A DNA stretch of 64,000 nucleotides, from positions 25,358,001-25,422,000 of the forward strand of contig CM119374.1 in assembly GCA_051294905.1 (NCBI GenBank), written 5' to 3'. The notes beneath the pieces were generated by a model. It had not been told where the DNA came from, did not search any database, and saw nothing but the letters and a program-made list of their open reading frames with translations. Of the stretch, positions 39,940 to 52,599 are shown piece after piece; position 1 is the first letter of the stretch, and every line of letters begins with the position of its first letter. The position numbers and the translations under genes were made by a program. Origin of the DNA: Botryllus schlosseri. Lineage: Eukaryota.

Positions 39940-40346
39940 CCGTAACGATTTGAAGCAGCTTTAACATGACGAGAGTCTGAGATAGGAGGTAGAGACATGT
40001 TAAAGTGGTCTTTATTCGAAGGTTTCTGTCTTGCAGCACTAGTAATAATTGATCAAAAAGTGTGCCTTACGTTAAGTCGAAAATTGCCTTATACCTGCTA
40101 ATACACCCCAAGTCCATGAAACAAGAAGCTTCCGATGGATATGCGGGTCGATTATAATAAATGAATATATTTATTATTTTATGGTAACTGAGATCTGCCA
40201 TCGCAGCAAGGTAGCTATTGAATGTCGTAGTTATTTGCATACTAGCCGTAGATAACTGGTGATCTAATATGCAGCATGGCCAACTGTAGCTTCTTATAAA
40301 GACATATGTTCCGTATTTTCACAGCAGTTTTCAAACGCAAATATGT

Positions 40347-40545
40347 GCGTGGTGAAATGGCGTGGTCATTGGTATAATCCACAGCTGCAACACAAATGAG
40401 TTGTTGGTTCGAGTCCGGCTGAGGAACACACGAGAATTCCTACCCAAGTGTTGGAGGTTTATCTAGGCTCCACGCCGTCATGTGATCCGCGTAAGCGGTG
40501 ATTTATAAAAGCCTAAGAGTGGGCTGTGCTAAAAGTCGGTGAATA
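40347..40545 (+). mobile_element. SINE family A, copy 4 (most complete)
   Basis: GTGGTGAAATGG (box A-like)..ATAATCCACA..GGTTCGAGTCC (box B)..GAATTCCTACCCAAGTGTTGGAGGTTTATCTAGG..CGTCATGTGATCCG..GTGGGCTGTGCTAAAAGTC. Confidence 0.75.
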
Positions 40546-41423
40546 CGGAATCAAAAAATGAATATAGGCATACTCTAAAACTACCAAATTAGTCAAAACA
40601 CCATGAATAAAAAACAAACAGACGGCGAATTATATATCGCGATCATCGATATCGTACAAGGATGACGTCGTGGATTTCAAATAGTGACGTCAAAAGTGAT
40701 TGTCATTGGTAAATGACTCTTTTGACGAAACTGGTTCCCGAACCTTGTCATATAATACGACGTCAATGTCCACCTTAGTTCAGTAACAGCAATGGTCATG
40801 GTCTGGTAATTCAAAATGGCGAATTGTCTCCCTAAGTAACAAATGTCCACTAAAGTGGTCTAATAGATATTGCAAAAGTTGGGAAAAATTAGGGCGACCG
40901 CAGTTGGAGGACATTTCGTGTATATTCTAAACGCTGCGATATAAACCGCAAATCACCAGTGACAAAGCGCGGAATCGATATTCCAAAACCAATCGAGTTA
41001 TTTTTAGACGCCTAGCTTGTCTCCTTCTGTTGGCGATAATTGTCGCCCAACTGCTTCAAAACAGGACTGTCCACCAAAGTAGTCTAATAGGTAAATATAT
41101 ATATAGAGAGAGATATTCGATGTAGTGTTATAATAGTGTTATAATAGATCAGTGGTTCCTAACGTGGCCGATTTTGAGAAACAAGGGTCGAGATTGGTAA
41201 TGAATCGAAAAGGTTGGGTGGAACCACTGCACCAAATTTAGTTGATTTTGACTTTAACTATAGTGTTCAGGCGTATTCTTTTCCAAAAATTCTGCAAGTG
41301 TAGTGTTTTTTTCTTGAAAAATGCGGTGTGGATGTGCTTTACATAATATCATCTTGAACGCATGTTATAATTAATAAAATAATCTGCGCTTGTTTACGTA
41401 GCACAAGGACCAACCCATATAGG

Positions 41424-41841
41424 CAGGGTTGCATTTAAAACAAATGATGTTTTAAAACACTTTGTTTAAAACATGTTTAGGTACAGTGAATTTTTTTTTT
41501 CAAGTTTTAAAATTAGGCCATAATTGTGTAAATACTTCACAAAACATGCTGTATGAGCCTACGGACAATTACCACCCGATGTAGCCGACGTATATCTATA
41601 TGGGATGGTTGAAACACTCAAAATAGTCGGTTCAACAGCAGTAGTACATATATTTCGTCAAAGAAGCTATTTTTACCTTATTTTTTCAATTGTCAATCTC
41701 AATCCACCATGGCGTCACAATTGAATATTCGTGACGTTATGGCTTTAAAAAAACATAAAATCTATAAAAAACATGTTTTAAATTAGGGCCTTGTTTTAAC
41801 ATGTTTGTTTTGAATTGATTTTTATTTTAAATGCAACCCTG
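41424..41841. mobile_element. MITE family 'AGGGTTGCATTTAAAAC', copy 2
   Basis: TIR CAGGGTTGCATTTAAAA / TTTTAAATGCAACCCTG; no matching TSD. Confidence 0.85.
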
Positions 41842-42876
41842 CAGGTGAATGTTTGTCCTCGTCTTACTGTCTGTTACGCATCGCTTTCTAGGCGCGATCA
41901 AGCAGGGAATTAGAGGTACTTGTTTGGTAATATTATGAAGAAACTGCATCTTGCGATACCACGCCGTACAGCATTCGGTACTGGCGCACGACGGTCAGTC
42001 ATGTATATTTTGGTCTGTGAAGCTTGTTACAGGTACCAACCGTATTTCTGTCATCGTTGTTTCGTCGTCCGTGAATCGCCGGCACCGTACGCCTGATTAC
42101 CATAACTAAGCCACCGTGGTACGTAAGACACATTTCATTCGTAATATAGGCTGACAACTATCGCAAATTCCTTTGCTGGATCGCGTCGAGAAAGCGACAC
42201 GCGCTGGAAATTTCACAAATGGTTATAAAACGAATAGGCGTGACCTCGACGTTACAAAGGTAAGCCAGAGTGGAAAGTAACACTCGTGTGAATTTATTAC
42301 TTGAAATTTGAATACGGTGGTTTTCTGAGAAGAATGGTTGCTTTCAATAATTGATCACACTTCTATCTTCAATTTGAGACAACAACAACATCATATTTAC
42401 ATTGCAGTGCCACATTAGCATAAATAGCTGTTCTGTGATCATTGCGTGACACACAGAAGCCGGCTTACAATGTTACCGACCAAAATAGGCCGGGAAAATC
42501 ATAACCGATCGGATCTCATTTATAAATGCCAAAATTCAGTGATAACGACAATCTATCCAGCTGACTGTAGGATTTTCCTCAAATAATTTGGACGCAAAGT
42601 AGACTATTATATTTACGTTGTGTCCACGAGATCTGCCAGAGTTTGCTGCAATTTGTTGTAGAAATTGCATTTGTAGCCGCCCTGTTACGACCGAACGGCT
42701 ACACATTTTGAAATATTTGTCGCTATACTCATGAAAAATCACCTTACGATTTATGCTGTTTTACTCGTGTGGGTTTCAGTCTGTAACTTGTACATATTGC
42801 CCATCCTGGACAGCTAATAAGATGACATCATCATCTATACGGAAAACAGAACAGATACAATTTTTTGATACATCAT

Positions 42877-42882
42877 TTTATT
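42877..42882 (-). other. Probable polyadenylation signal of TMEM26-B
   Basis: AATAAA on the minus strand ~94 nt after the stop codon. Confidence 0.5.
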
Positions 42883-42975
42883 ACCTATGTCCATACAGTT
42901 CTTATATTCAATTGTTCAGCATATAAACAACTATATACAATATACATCATACAGATATCGACCATCATGCTCATC

Positions 42976-45900
42976 TCAGGGAGCGGGGCTTTCTAAAGTA
43001 TTTGGCGACTCAACTCCAGTGTTGTGCGAGTCTTCGCCTACGCTCTCGTGGTTTCGCATATCCCTGCATTGCTGCTTCCACGGTCTGTAGTCTTCTTTGA
43101 AAATGACCCGGATTCGGTTGAATGCCAATAGTATGGTGACGACGTTTTTGATCGCGAAAAAAAGGGTCGAGAACCTCCGATCTTTACCGACGCCGAAGAT
43201 GGCAACCAGCCGGATGGCTAAAAATGGTACGTCTTGGGACACGAGACAGAGCACTAGCGCCCAAATCTCGTTGTAGAAGCAAAACAGATGGTATCTTCCT
43301 CGTACCAAGTTAATGCTAGTGGACGAATTGTCAAGATCCTGCATTTGGCTTTCCTTCTCTTCAGACGTGCCGATTGGTTTGACACGATTCCTACTGTTAT
43401 CCTTGTGGTTAGTCGCAGACAGCGTTTTGACAGTGGTAGTGGTAACACACAATTGCAGAAGACTGATCGAAAAGGCGGTTAGTACCACGATGTCGAATCC
43501 TGGGCCATGGTCCTGAATTTAGGTATATATATATCGAGTAGGCTCATAGTAATCACAAGAATCAATAACTTCTAAATCGATCGTAACTTAAGGTTATCGA
43601 CTATAAATGATAATGTCACCAAATCACCACAATATGTCCAGCGACTATAAAACGGGTGTCGAAAAAGGGTGTCGGTATAGACAGAGGGTTTTAATTTTAA
43701 ATCCTTGATTTTTAACATTTATTGTGATTTTAAACCAGTAACCCTGCGTGATGTGCAAACTGCAAAAGTAGATATCGTTAAGGGCTCGTAAACAAGAGTC
43801 ATGACGTTGCATTTAGCGAACAGAGCTGTTTATCATTTACATACCAGCCAGATGAACGGATATTCTTGAGGAGATATTATAAAAAAATAGTCGGAAATAT
43901 CTACGCTATCTCTTAACAAGGGCTACGCCTTTAGTTACCTTCTCTCCACCCACTATATCCAGAAGGTCCACTATGTCCGCACCAGATCCGAGTGTAGAAA
44001 TCAAGAGTAGAGAATGCTCGTGATTTGACAATTTTCCTTTAGGAGCCATCCACTTTCCGAACATAATCAAGAACACCATGGCCAGCACTATACCTGGTAC
44101 CGCGTCCTGGTAATATAGATAGGGCATTTTATGTGAATCAAGTGTAATGGTATGAAGGAGTAATCGCTATGACAGTAACAACATTTCTGCAGATCAACTA
44201 TCACGCAGCCTATGGCCCATGGCAGTGCTGCTGCCTGGCAATAATAAGATTGTCTGGGTCTTATCAACACGAAATATGAAACATGAATTTGGATAGTCCC
44301 TCACGTCAACAGTTGAAATATATAAAAGAAAATGCGGACAATGTATATAGTTAGAAATATATACCTAGGCTTACCATATTTCGGAAATGAAAAAAGAGGA
44401 CACTTTTTCAGAAATTTCAGACATGCAAAACTGGAGAAGAATTCTCAAAAACCGGTAAATTTTTCCCACTTCATGATCGGTTGACTAAAAAAAAAAAAAA
44501 CTTCCGCTCAGAGCTCAAAATCACGTTTTTCACTCCACATTGTGAGAGGTGGATGACTAAAAAAAAAAAAGGTCTTCTTCTCGCTCAGAGCTGAAATCAC
44601 CTTTCCCTCCGAAATACCCGCCGGAGCTTCACTTCTGCGCTAATTTGCGGCATATCACTCGCAATTTCCTCTGAATCTGACCTAAATTTTCAAAAAAGAG
44701 GACAAAATCTCAAAAAAGAGGACAAAAGGGCGTCCTCCGAGGACACTTTCAAAAAAGTCAAAAAAGAGGACAAATCCTCTTAAAAGAGGACGTATGGTAA
44801 GCCTATATATACCTCTTTCTCCACACCATGCACATCCGTTAGTTGCAGTTCCCAGATAGTGGGTAGAATTGCGATAAGCAAAGCCAACGTACTCGGACTG
44901 AACCTGAAACGGGTTAATAATACATTCGATCAAATAATATTGAGATTTATCCGCAGTCTAGTCCGCAACTCTTGAGCATGTCATTCCGACCTGTAATGCG
45001 CTTCTACGTGTGAAAATGACTCCATATCAATAACTGTGGCATTTCATCAATTGCGATCTATACACGTCGGTCGCACAGATATTATATTAGTATATCTAGT
45101 GAGATTGAAAAATATAACATTAGCTTATCATTCATTCGAATGATATCAGGTTCAACTGCCGTTACAGTATGAACATTATGAACAAGGGCGATCCTTCTCG
45201 CATATAAGGTCTGTGACGCAACGTGCAAACGTGGTGCCACTTTAAGAAATTCAACACTAGCTACTTTTATGTGTTTTGTGCTCCGTTGGGCCAATGCACG
45301 AATGGTGCGGAAATAAGCCATTCCAATAATATATTTATTTGTACTTACTGATAGATAGGGTTGCATTTAAAACAAAAATTAATTTAAAGCTAACATGTTT
45401 AAAACAAGGCCCTTTGTTTAAAACATGTTTTCTATTGTTTTTGTATGTTTTTTTTATAACGATGACGTCACGAATATTCAATTGTGACGTCATGTTGTAA
45501 TGACATTGACAATTGAAAATATAGGGTAAATATAGCTCCGGTGACGAAATATCTACGTAGGCTACTATAGCCCTTAAACCGACTATTTGTGGGTTCCAAC
45601 CACCCCGTATCGTATATGTCGGTTATATCGAGAGGAAATTGTCCACAGGCTCATAAAACATGTTTTTTGAAAGTATTTACACAATTATGGTATAATTTAA
45701 CAAGACTTTTGTTAAACAGGCCTTTATTTAAAATTCTCTAAAACATGTTTTAAACAACCATTTGTTTTAAATGCAGCCCTACTGATGGATATATTCTTCA
45801 AAACTACAATTACAGAAACCTTGTCTTAAATGCGTATTGGATGAATCCATGTTTCATAACACATCCCGTCTTTCTAAGCACATTCCCTTGTAAATACACA

Positions 45901-46220
45901 CAACCCTAAACATACCACTTCCATTCTTTTCCCTTTCTTCGTATGGCGGTGTAAAACATCTCCACGATGATGAAAAGGCCTAAGCACAAGATCAACCAAT
46001 CATATACCCATGTTGCTCCGCCCGCTCTCACTGCAATCTTGAATATGAATACGCCGCTCACAAAGACAGCGTATAGAAGTCGTACAAATATGGACATTGA
46101 CACTTGACGGAATAAGCTGAAGCATGCGCTGATATTTGATAGGCAACAATTCTTGATGCCGCAACACGTCGCATCACTATCTTGAGTCGAACATTCCTCG
46201 TTTCGCGAAGGGGAACTCAT
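42976..46220 (-). CDS. TMEM26: TMEM26 paralog B (divergent), 366 or 386 aa; exons 46220-45916, 44903-44813, 44106 (or 44166)-43939, 43512-42976
   Basis: Same intron phases (2,0,0) as paralog A. Motifs VEMFYTAIRRKGKEWKW|FSPSTLALLIAILPTIWELQL, FGKWMAPKGKLS..GSGADIVDLL and FCFYNEIW..QDVPFLAIRL..FFAIKN. The exon 3 acceptor is ambiguous; both options keep frame. Confidence 0.88.
44366..44805. mobile_element. hAT (Tip100-like) MITE at the 5' end of TMEM26-B intron 2
   Basis: 13-bp TIR TAGGCTTACCATA / TATGGTAAGCCTA; perfect TSD TATATACC (44358-44365 and 44806-44813); AAAGAGGAC subterminal repeats. Confidence 0.92.
45356..45781. mobile_element. MITE family 'AGGGTTGCATTTAAAAC', copy 3, in TMEM26-B intron 1
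   Basis: TIR TAGGGTTGCATTTAAAAC / GTTTTAAATGCAGCCCTA; TSD ctgataga / ctgatgga (7/8). Confidence 0.88.
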
Positions 46221-46274
46221 TATTTCCCGTGAGCTATGTAAAGGCCAATCTACTATAAAATACAACCTGTGGAA

Positions 46275-46908
46275 CAGTGGTTATTAACCGGGGTCCGCGG
46301 AATTCCATAAGTCCGCGAAAAATTGTCACGGGGCGGGGAAACATCTAAATTTACAGCATGATTGATCACCTAATTTGTAATTTTCTAAGCTTTAGGGAAA
46401 TCGTAATGCAGTTTCGCTTGATAGCTGCTAATACTTCAGGATTTACTTCAACAGAATGAGAGATGAAATATCTTACTGTGCAAAATCATTTTAATTACCA
46501 CCGGGTAGGTCTACTGATACATACTTATTGCTGTTTAGAAATGTCTAGCTCGGGTTTTTCCTAATCTATACCAAAGGGACTGAAATTCGCCATTTGCCTC
46601 TTCCTATCTCATGGAAATGGATTTTCAGCTTTCGTTCATTTCAAAGGCAACACTTGGATTTTCAAGATGAACACGTATTTCCGTAAATTCAGCTGCGTAA
46701 TTCGTTTGGAGATGTTAAAAGTTTCCATAATTTTATTAATAGTATGATGTTATTTTCCTGAAAAGTCAAATTGCTGCTGTTTATCACTAGCCTACCGTTA
46801 AAACAGAGTGCGGTTGCACATAATTTAGCTGAATCTGAAATAAAACTTATCCGGGGTCCGTGACAGTCCAAACGGGCTCCGCGAAGACAAAGGGGTAGAG
46901 AACCACTG
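46275..46908. mobile_element. hAT MITE (GGGGTCCGCG family), copy 1
   Basis: Termini CAGTGGTT / AACCACTG; perfect TSD CTGTGGAA; related to 51652-52599. Confidence 0.9.
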
Positions 46909-47627
46909 CTGTGGAAAGTTGTCGCGAATAATTTTTGACATAAAACCGTTTGCTTTTCAATGATGGTTCTTCTCATGGGTATACATGGGTATGGGTACAC
47001 ATACACATACTACAGGAGAATCTCTTTAATTAAATGACGAATTATGGAACCCATTTTTGCGGTGGAAACATTGAACGTAGCCCATAATTTATACGTGTGC
47101 GTGACTACCGTATTGATTAGTATTTCTTAATCTGTTCAGGGCTCGTAGGCCGAAATCGTTAAGCTGTCACGAAATTATTCTCGTAGCGCCTATCCATGAC
47201 CGAGCCGCACATTTTCAAGGCTGCACACAAACACTGCCTCGCTCCCCACACCTCCTTATTATTGGGTGCAGTTTACCGCTATATATTGCTGGTACACGCG
47301 GGTCACTCACAAACACATTTTTCCTTAGCGAACAAAGCCCGTGATTACGCCATTCACGAAGGCAAAACAAATCTATTTATTTCTATATTCCTGCAACACA
47401 TTCGTTGTCTTAGCCGCACGAATCGTGAATTTTTTAAAGGCATTTATTGAATATTTTATCAATAAAACTGAAGAAGGCAAGATTCATTTCTGTAACTTAT
47501 GGTATTTTTTATTATTGGCTTACTATTATTTTTGAGGTGAATAAATTTCAAAAATTTTACTTTATGTTGATTTGCGAAATAAATTTGAGCCGTAAAAAGC
47601 GTATAATTTTACTCCGCATCTCGTAAC

Positions 47628-47824
47628 CAGCAATGTGTTTCCTCTAAGCTGCGCACGTGCGCAAATGCGCAGTGCCGACACGGTCTATGCGCACTTAAAT
47701 CTCAGTTGCGCACAGAAAATCCGAAATGATGACCTTTTTTTAGTCGTTTCGCACTGTTGTGCAAGGGTCTGCGCAGTGAGTTGGTGAGTGTGCGCAGACT
47801 CGTCAAAAATTAGAGGGAACTTTG
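47628..47824. mobile_element. Short hAT MITE with TGCGCA motifs
   Basis: Perfect TSD CTCGTAAC (47620-47627, 47825-47832); ends ..TTTCCTCTAA / TTAGAGGGAAC.. Confidence 0.8.
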
Positions 47825-48369
47825 CTCGTAACCCTTTACTTTGGTGCTTCGTAGCCCCTAGGGATCTATAGGCCCCTGGTTAAAAACCGCTGATATAGAT
47901 GAATATTGCTAAATCTTGGCTTGGCTAACTTTTAAAGCTCTTTGCCCGAAATGCGGAATACAATCTGACCAATAACATATGATAGGAGTTTTATATAGGT
48001 GAGCTCCCCATTAAGATATTATTAAAACTGATTATTTGTGGATTGCGACATAACTTTCGCTCCCATTAAGGTCCAGCACATTGTTTCAGTTTTGTTTTCA
48101 CATTCATTGTTCCACGCCACGTATCTTCACATTGCCTTGAAAGCTCCTGTGTGGTACTGTAAAATTGTTAAATCGTACATTGTTAATGTCACAATAGAAT
48201 TGCAATGACATTTACAATAGAATTATAGAGCGGAAATTGTTGTGTCTTGAGGACATTCTGTTCCGAAACCTCAATCCGAACAGAGTTTTCAAGGGTGCGG
48301 GAGAACGTTTTTAACTCAATTCATTTCTAGTGTCACTGAAAAAAGCCGTTTCCATTTCTCATAGGTTGT

Positions 48370-48492
48370 TGATATATTTGCTATCATTTCTGCGACATCT
48401 TGCACTACTGAAATATCATTTTCAGAGTTGAAAAGATTGAAGTCATAGCAGATATCGACTATGCTGGGTCATATGCGACTTACCAACTATAG
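48370..48492 (+). pseudogene. hAT transposase C-terminal dimerisation-domain remnant
   Basis: IFAIISATSCTTEISFSELKRLKS*QISTMLGHMRLTN resembles ..PATSCSAERSFSALKRLKTYLRSTM...RL. Confidence 0.6.
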
Positions 48493-51400
48493 TTGGAATC
48501 TGGGCGCATCAATTTTTTAATTGGAATACAACTTGTATGCATGTCCTAGTTTTATGAGTAGACTTACAACTTCGAAGGGAGATAATGAATCTCTCATGTG
48601 CAATGTTCGGTTTCCGAACCAAGCTATATTTGTGCTTTCGTTGCTAGTGTGATAGTGAAGAGCTAAATGTGCCTAAAGTGCATTTTAGCGGAATATCCAA
48701 GTATTGAGTCGACACTATCACGTATATATTACATCTCAGGTGGCGCCTGTATGAATAAACCACGGACACTAAGTTAGCACAAATAACCCACATGTGTATA
48801 GCTTGAAACTTAAGGCGTAGATAATAAAGTTAGCTTATCCGGCAGAATGCTAATCGTATAATTAAAACTGTTCGCGCGAGGATTATCCCGACTTTCTGGT
48901 TAAACTTTTAATCCTGCGAAATAGGTTGTCACGATTAACAGTTTTTAATCAGGATATTATAGCATTCTCTTGGATAAAGAAACTTTATGATCTCCTTCCT
49001 TAGTTCGGTATCAATGTCCTCGAAAAAACAGCAGACAACTTTGCATGGATAAGCCAATGTAAATATACGGTAAAATGTGCATGTTCCATATCGTGTGTTT
49101 GCGTAATGTATAATGACAGCTTCGCTCGAACCAAGGTGCGAAAGAAATATCGATTACATTAAGTTACACCAGGTTGTTTCGATTTTCGTTTTCATTTCCA
49201 TTATATTACAAGCTCTTCTTTGTGAATGTGAGATTGATGCGTTTCGGATAGCACAGTGGAATTGTAGTACTATTTAATTGTTTAATCGTTGCTTTGTTCA
49301 CTCCCCCGACGATCCTCCTTAAATTCCTGTGGGTGTAAAATGGGGCTGCCAACCTCTTCGATTTGCGTGCAGGATACAAAATCGTTGCAATATTCGATAT
49401 TTGATGATAAACAAAATAAATAATAATAATAAACAATGAACGATCCTCCTCATATATGAATTTGATCGTTACCGTTACATTTCATCGTTACGTTCATTTC
49501 ATACGGCACACCATTTCCGTAGTGGACTAAGTCCGGTATTACGCGATTCACGAACTGGGTGAATTAGGTAACGGCGGGCACGAGACTTATTTGGTGATAT
49601 CAAGTAGCATATCACGCACAACAATCCATGATATCAATGCTATGCAAAGTCAGTGAGCATCTAATTTTTCGCGCAGTGCGAATATAATAATATCTGAAAT
49701 ATTGATTATAGTATATAGGGCGAAAATATAGTTACGCAATCTGACATGTAATTCCTACATGTTAGGAATACTGGGAACGCTATAAAATGGTATCACCATA
49801 TCTTGGAAAACAAAATGGATGCTACGTCTTTAGCAACAGATCAATCCACAAGCATAGGTAGGCAGTGCCTATTAGGAGGCCCCTATGTAGAGATATCCGC
49901 CACAAATTCAGAACATCGTTAGCGATTTAATGAGTGCTAACACTAAGATAATAGCAGGCATTCAAAGTCTTGTTTTCACAATGTTTTACTCATTGCTTAT
50001 ATACCTTGTCAAGTCATTTCAATATTCTGAGTGTAATCAAACCAGCATTCTCATTTACTAGTTTTATAAAACTATGCTATTTTGAAAATGTAAATCTTTT
50101 CCATGTAAGTCATAAACAGTCGATAATATTTTCTCAATGAACTAACATCACCTGAGATCCGTACTAAATCAGAAATCACGGTACTCAGAAACACATTTGC
50201 CGGCGTGACTCAGCTGCAGTCGGTCGCATAGCATAAATTCATCTGCCTACCTCCATCAATCTTATTACGTTCAGTAGGATACGCGTGGTCACTACATCTG
50301 ATATTGAGTATCAGATTGCTTCTTAAATGTCGCTCAAGACTTGGATTCTTTTGCTGTTTGTATTCGCAATGTACCTTCGTTCGGCAGGTACGAGGAATTC
50401 GTTCCAATTTGAATCGGAATAATCTATCTTGTCTTTTCCAGCGGAATTCTGTATGAGAAGATACGTCAACGGCAAATGGATCTCGAAGGGGGACTGCGGG
50501 GTTGGTACACAAGTAGATTGACGTCACCTCTGAAGGTTTTGTTATGTGTACGTTTCATGAAGTGTCCGGGATGGACGTCGGAGATGCAGATGAAACTTCA
50601 ACGCAAAATGAAAGATGATAACAAGATATGCACTGCGGGCAAGGAAGGGACTGTGTGTAACATTCCAAATCATTCTTTTGCAACGCCTTGAGCAAACATG
50701 CTTTATGGTGAACAGGACTTCAAAATGAGGTGTGAACAACCATCCTACAGGCACTCAGAGAATATGATTCGTGGTATATCTGAAACTTTGATTATATGCT
50801 GAATTACGTTGCAGGTTTTCCAGCGACGAATAAACGGAGACGTGGATTTCTACCGAGGCTGGGATGATTACCAGAAAAGTTTTGGGGATTGTAATGGGGA
50901 TTTGTGGCTCGGTAGGAAGATTTTGATTTGATTCCTCGAAGTTGGAAGATTTCGTCGATCTTATCTTGGTTACGACCTTTGTAATAAAGCTGATTCTGGC
51001 AAAGTAGTTTGATTCAAAACCGACGCATTCCATAATTCTGTAATGCTTGTCTCCAGGGCTATGGGAATTATTTACATGAAAAGACGAAGGAAGGATATAT
51101 GGAATTGGAAATCAACATGATCACGAAAGATACAGCAATTTATTGCGTGGCTAAATACAGGCAAGTTTGATGCAATGGATCTCCTGACATGGCATCTGTT
51201 TTGAAAACATGCTTGATACCTGTGGTTCTCAAACTATTTGTCCGTCTACTTCCGTCAAACTTGAGTTCAGATTTATCTCAATCATACTGCAACCGTCTTC
51301 TACGCAAATATGGACAGCCGACTAGGGACTGTAACAATATTTGTTTTGTTGAAAATGACATCATGGTGTGCGGAATATTTAACTTTTATATTTCAAGGAA

Positions 51401-51651
51401 TGTTATTGTTATTGATTCAAGTCATTTCAGTTACGCTTCTAGCCTCTTTCAGGCCTCGTGCATATCGACATCGATGAGATGTGATGAGCCAGATAAACCT
51501 CCGAAACATATAGCCTGCCATAACTTTTGAGCGCAGTTTTACATACTGCGTTACCCCCTAATGTTTAAAAAAAAATCTTCCGTCGTATGAAGTTAGTTAC
51601 CATAACATGCGGCACGAAAGTAGACTTTTCATGAGAAAATGGGTTCCGCAG

Positions 51652-52599
51652 CAGCGGTTCTCAACCGGGGGTCCGCGAAGCAATTCCAGGGGGTCCGCGA
51701 GACCTCTAAATTAGCAAAAGGATTGTTAACCTAATTTGTATATTTTTAAATTAGGGAAAACATGAGACAGTTTTCCTCAACAACTTCTAAAACCTCATTA
51801 CTCACATCATCAGAATAATTGTATGACATGAAATATCCTCACTGTGCAAATTCATTTTAATTGCCAATAACCTATACTGATACAAACATCTTGCTCTTTC
51901 ATGACGTTTTATTAGAGTTTGTGGAAAATACTAAAATATGGTGATATAGTAAGATCAATCAGGGTGACTTCGTAGTCAGTGTCACCAAATTAGTTAAGTG
52001 GTTTGAAATAAAAACTCCTGGAGTATGTTTCCTAACTTTTCTCAATGAAGGGATTGAAACCTCGCCACGAAGTCCATTCTATCATGTGATATACATAACC
52101 GCACTACTCCAGAATAATTTCCAAGATGAGATGCTAGATAAAAATGACTAGGCTGGGCGTGATATGTTCATTAAAAATATCTTTTTTCATTCCATGGCCA
52201 TAAATGTTGTGATCTCACCAAAAGTGTCGTCGGAAACGTTACGCGTAAATATGACATTAGCTACCATCTATCTTTTTGGAAAGGGATTTTCGGCACTCGT
52301 TCATATCAAATCGAAGACGCTGATATTTAGGACCACGTAGGCCTACTTCAAGAAATACAGCTGCAAAGTTAGCTTTGAACTAATAAAATTCTACTCAATT
52401 TCTACATAAACAGTATGATGTTGTTATCAAGAAAAGTCATTTTGTTGCTGTTTATCACAAGCCTACATTTCATATTTGCACAAGACAGATGAAAGTGGCA
52501 CTATAATTAAGTTAAACTTGAACTAAAACTTGAGGGGGTCCGCGAGGGTCCGTGGCAGTCACAAGGGGTCCGCGAAGCCAAAAAGGTTGAGAACCACTG
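51652..52599. mobile_element. hAT MITE (GGGGTCCGCG family), copy 2, in the FReD intron
   Basis: TIR CAGCGGTTCTCAACC / GGTTGAGAACCACTG; interior collinear with 46275-46908; TSD not matched. Confidence 0.85.

Noticed and set aside
40347-40420. Functional tRNA gene
   Set aside because: Box A/B-like motifs are present, but there is no consistent cloverleaf and it continues into a SINE body.
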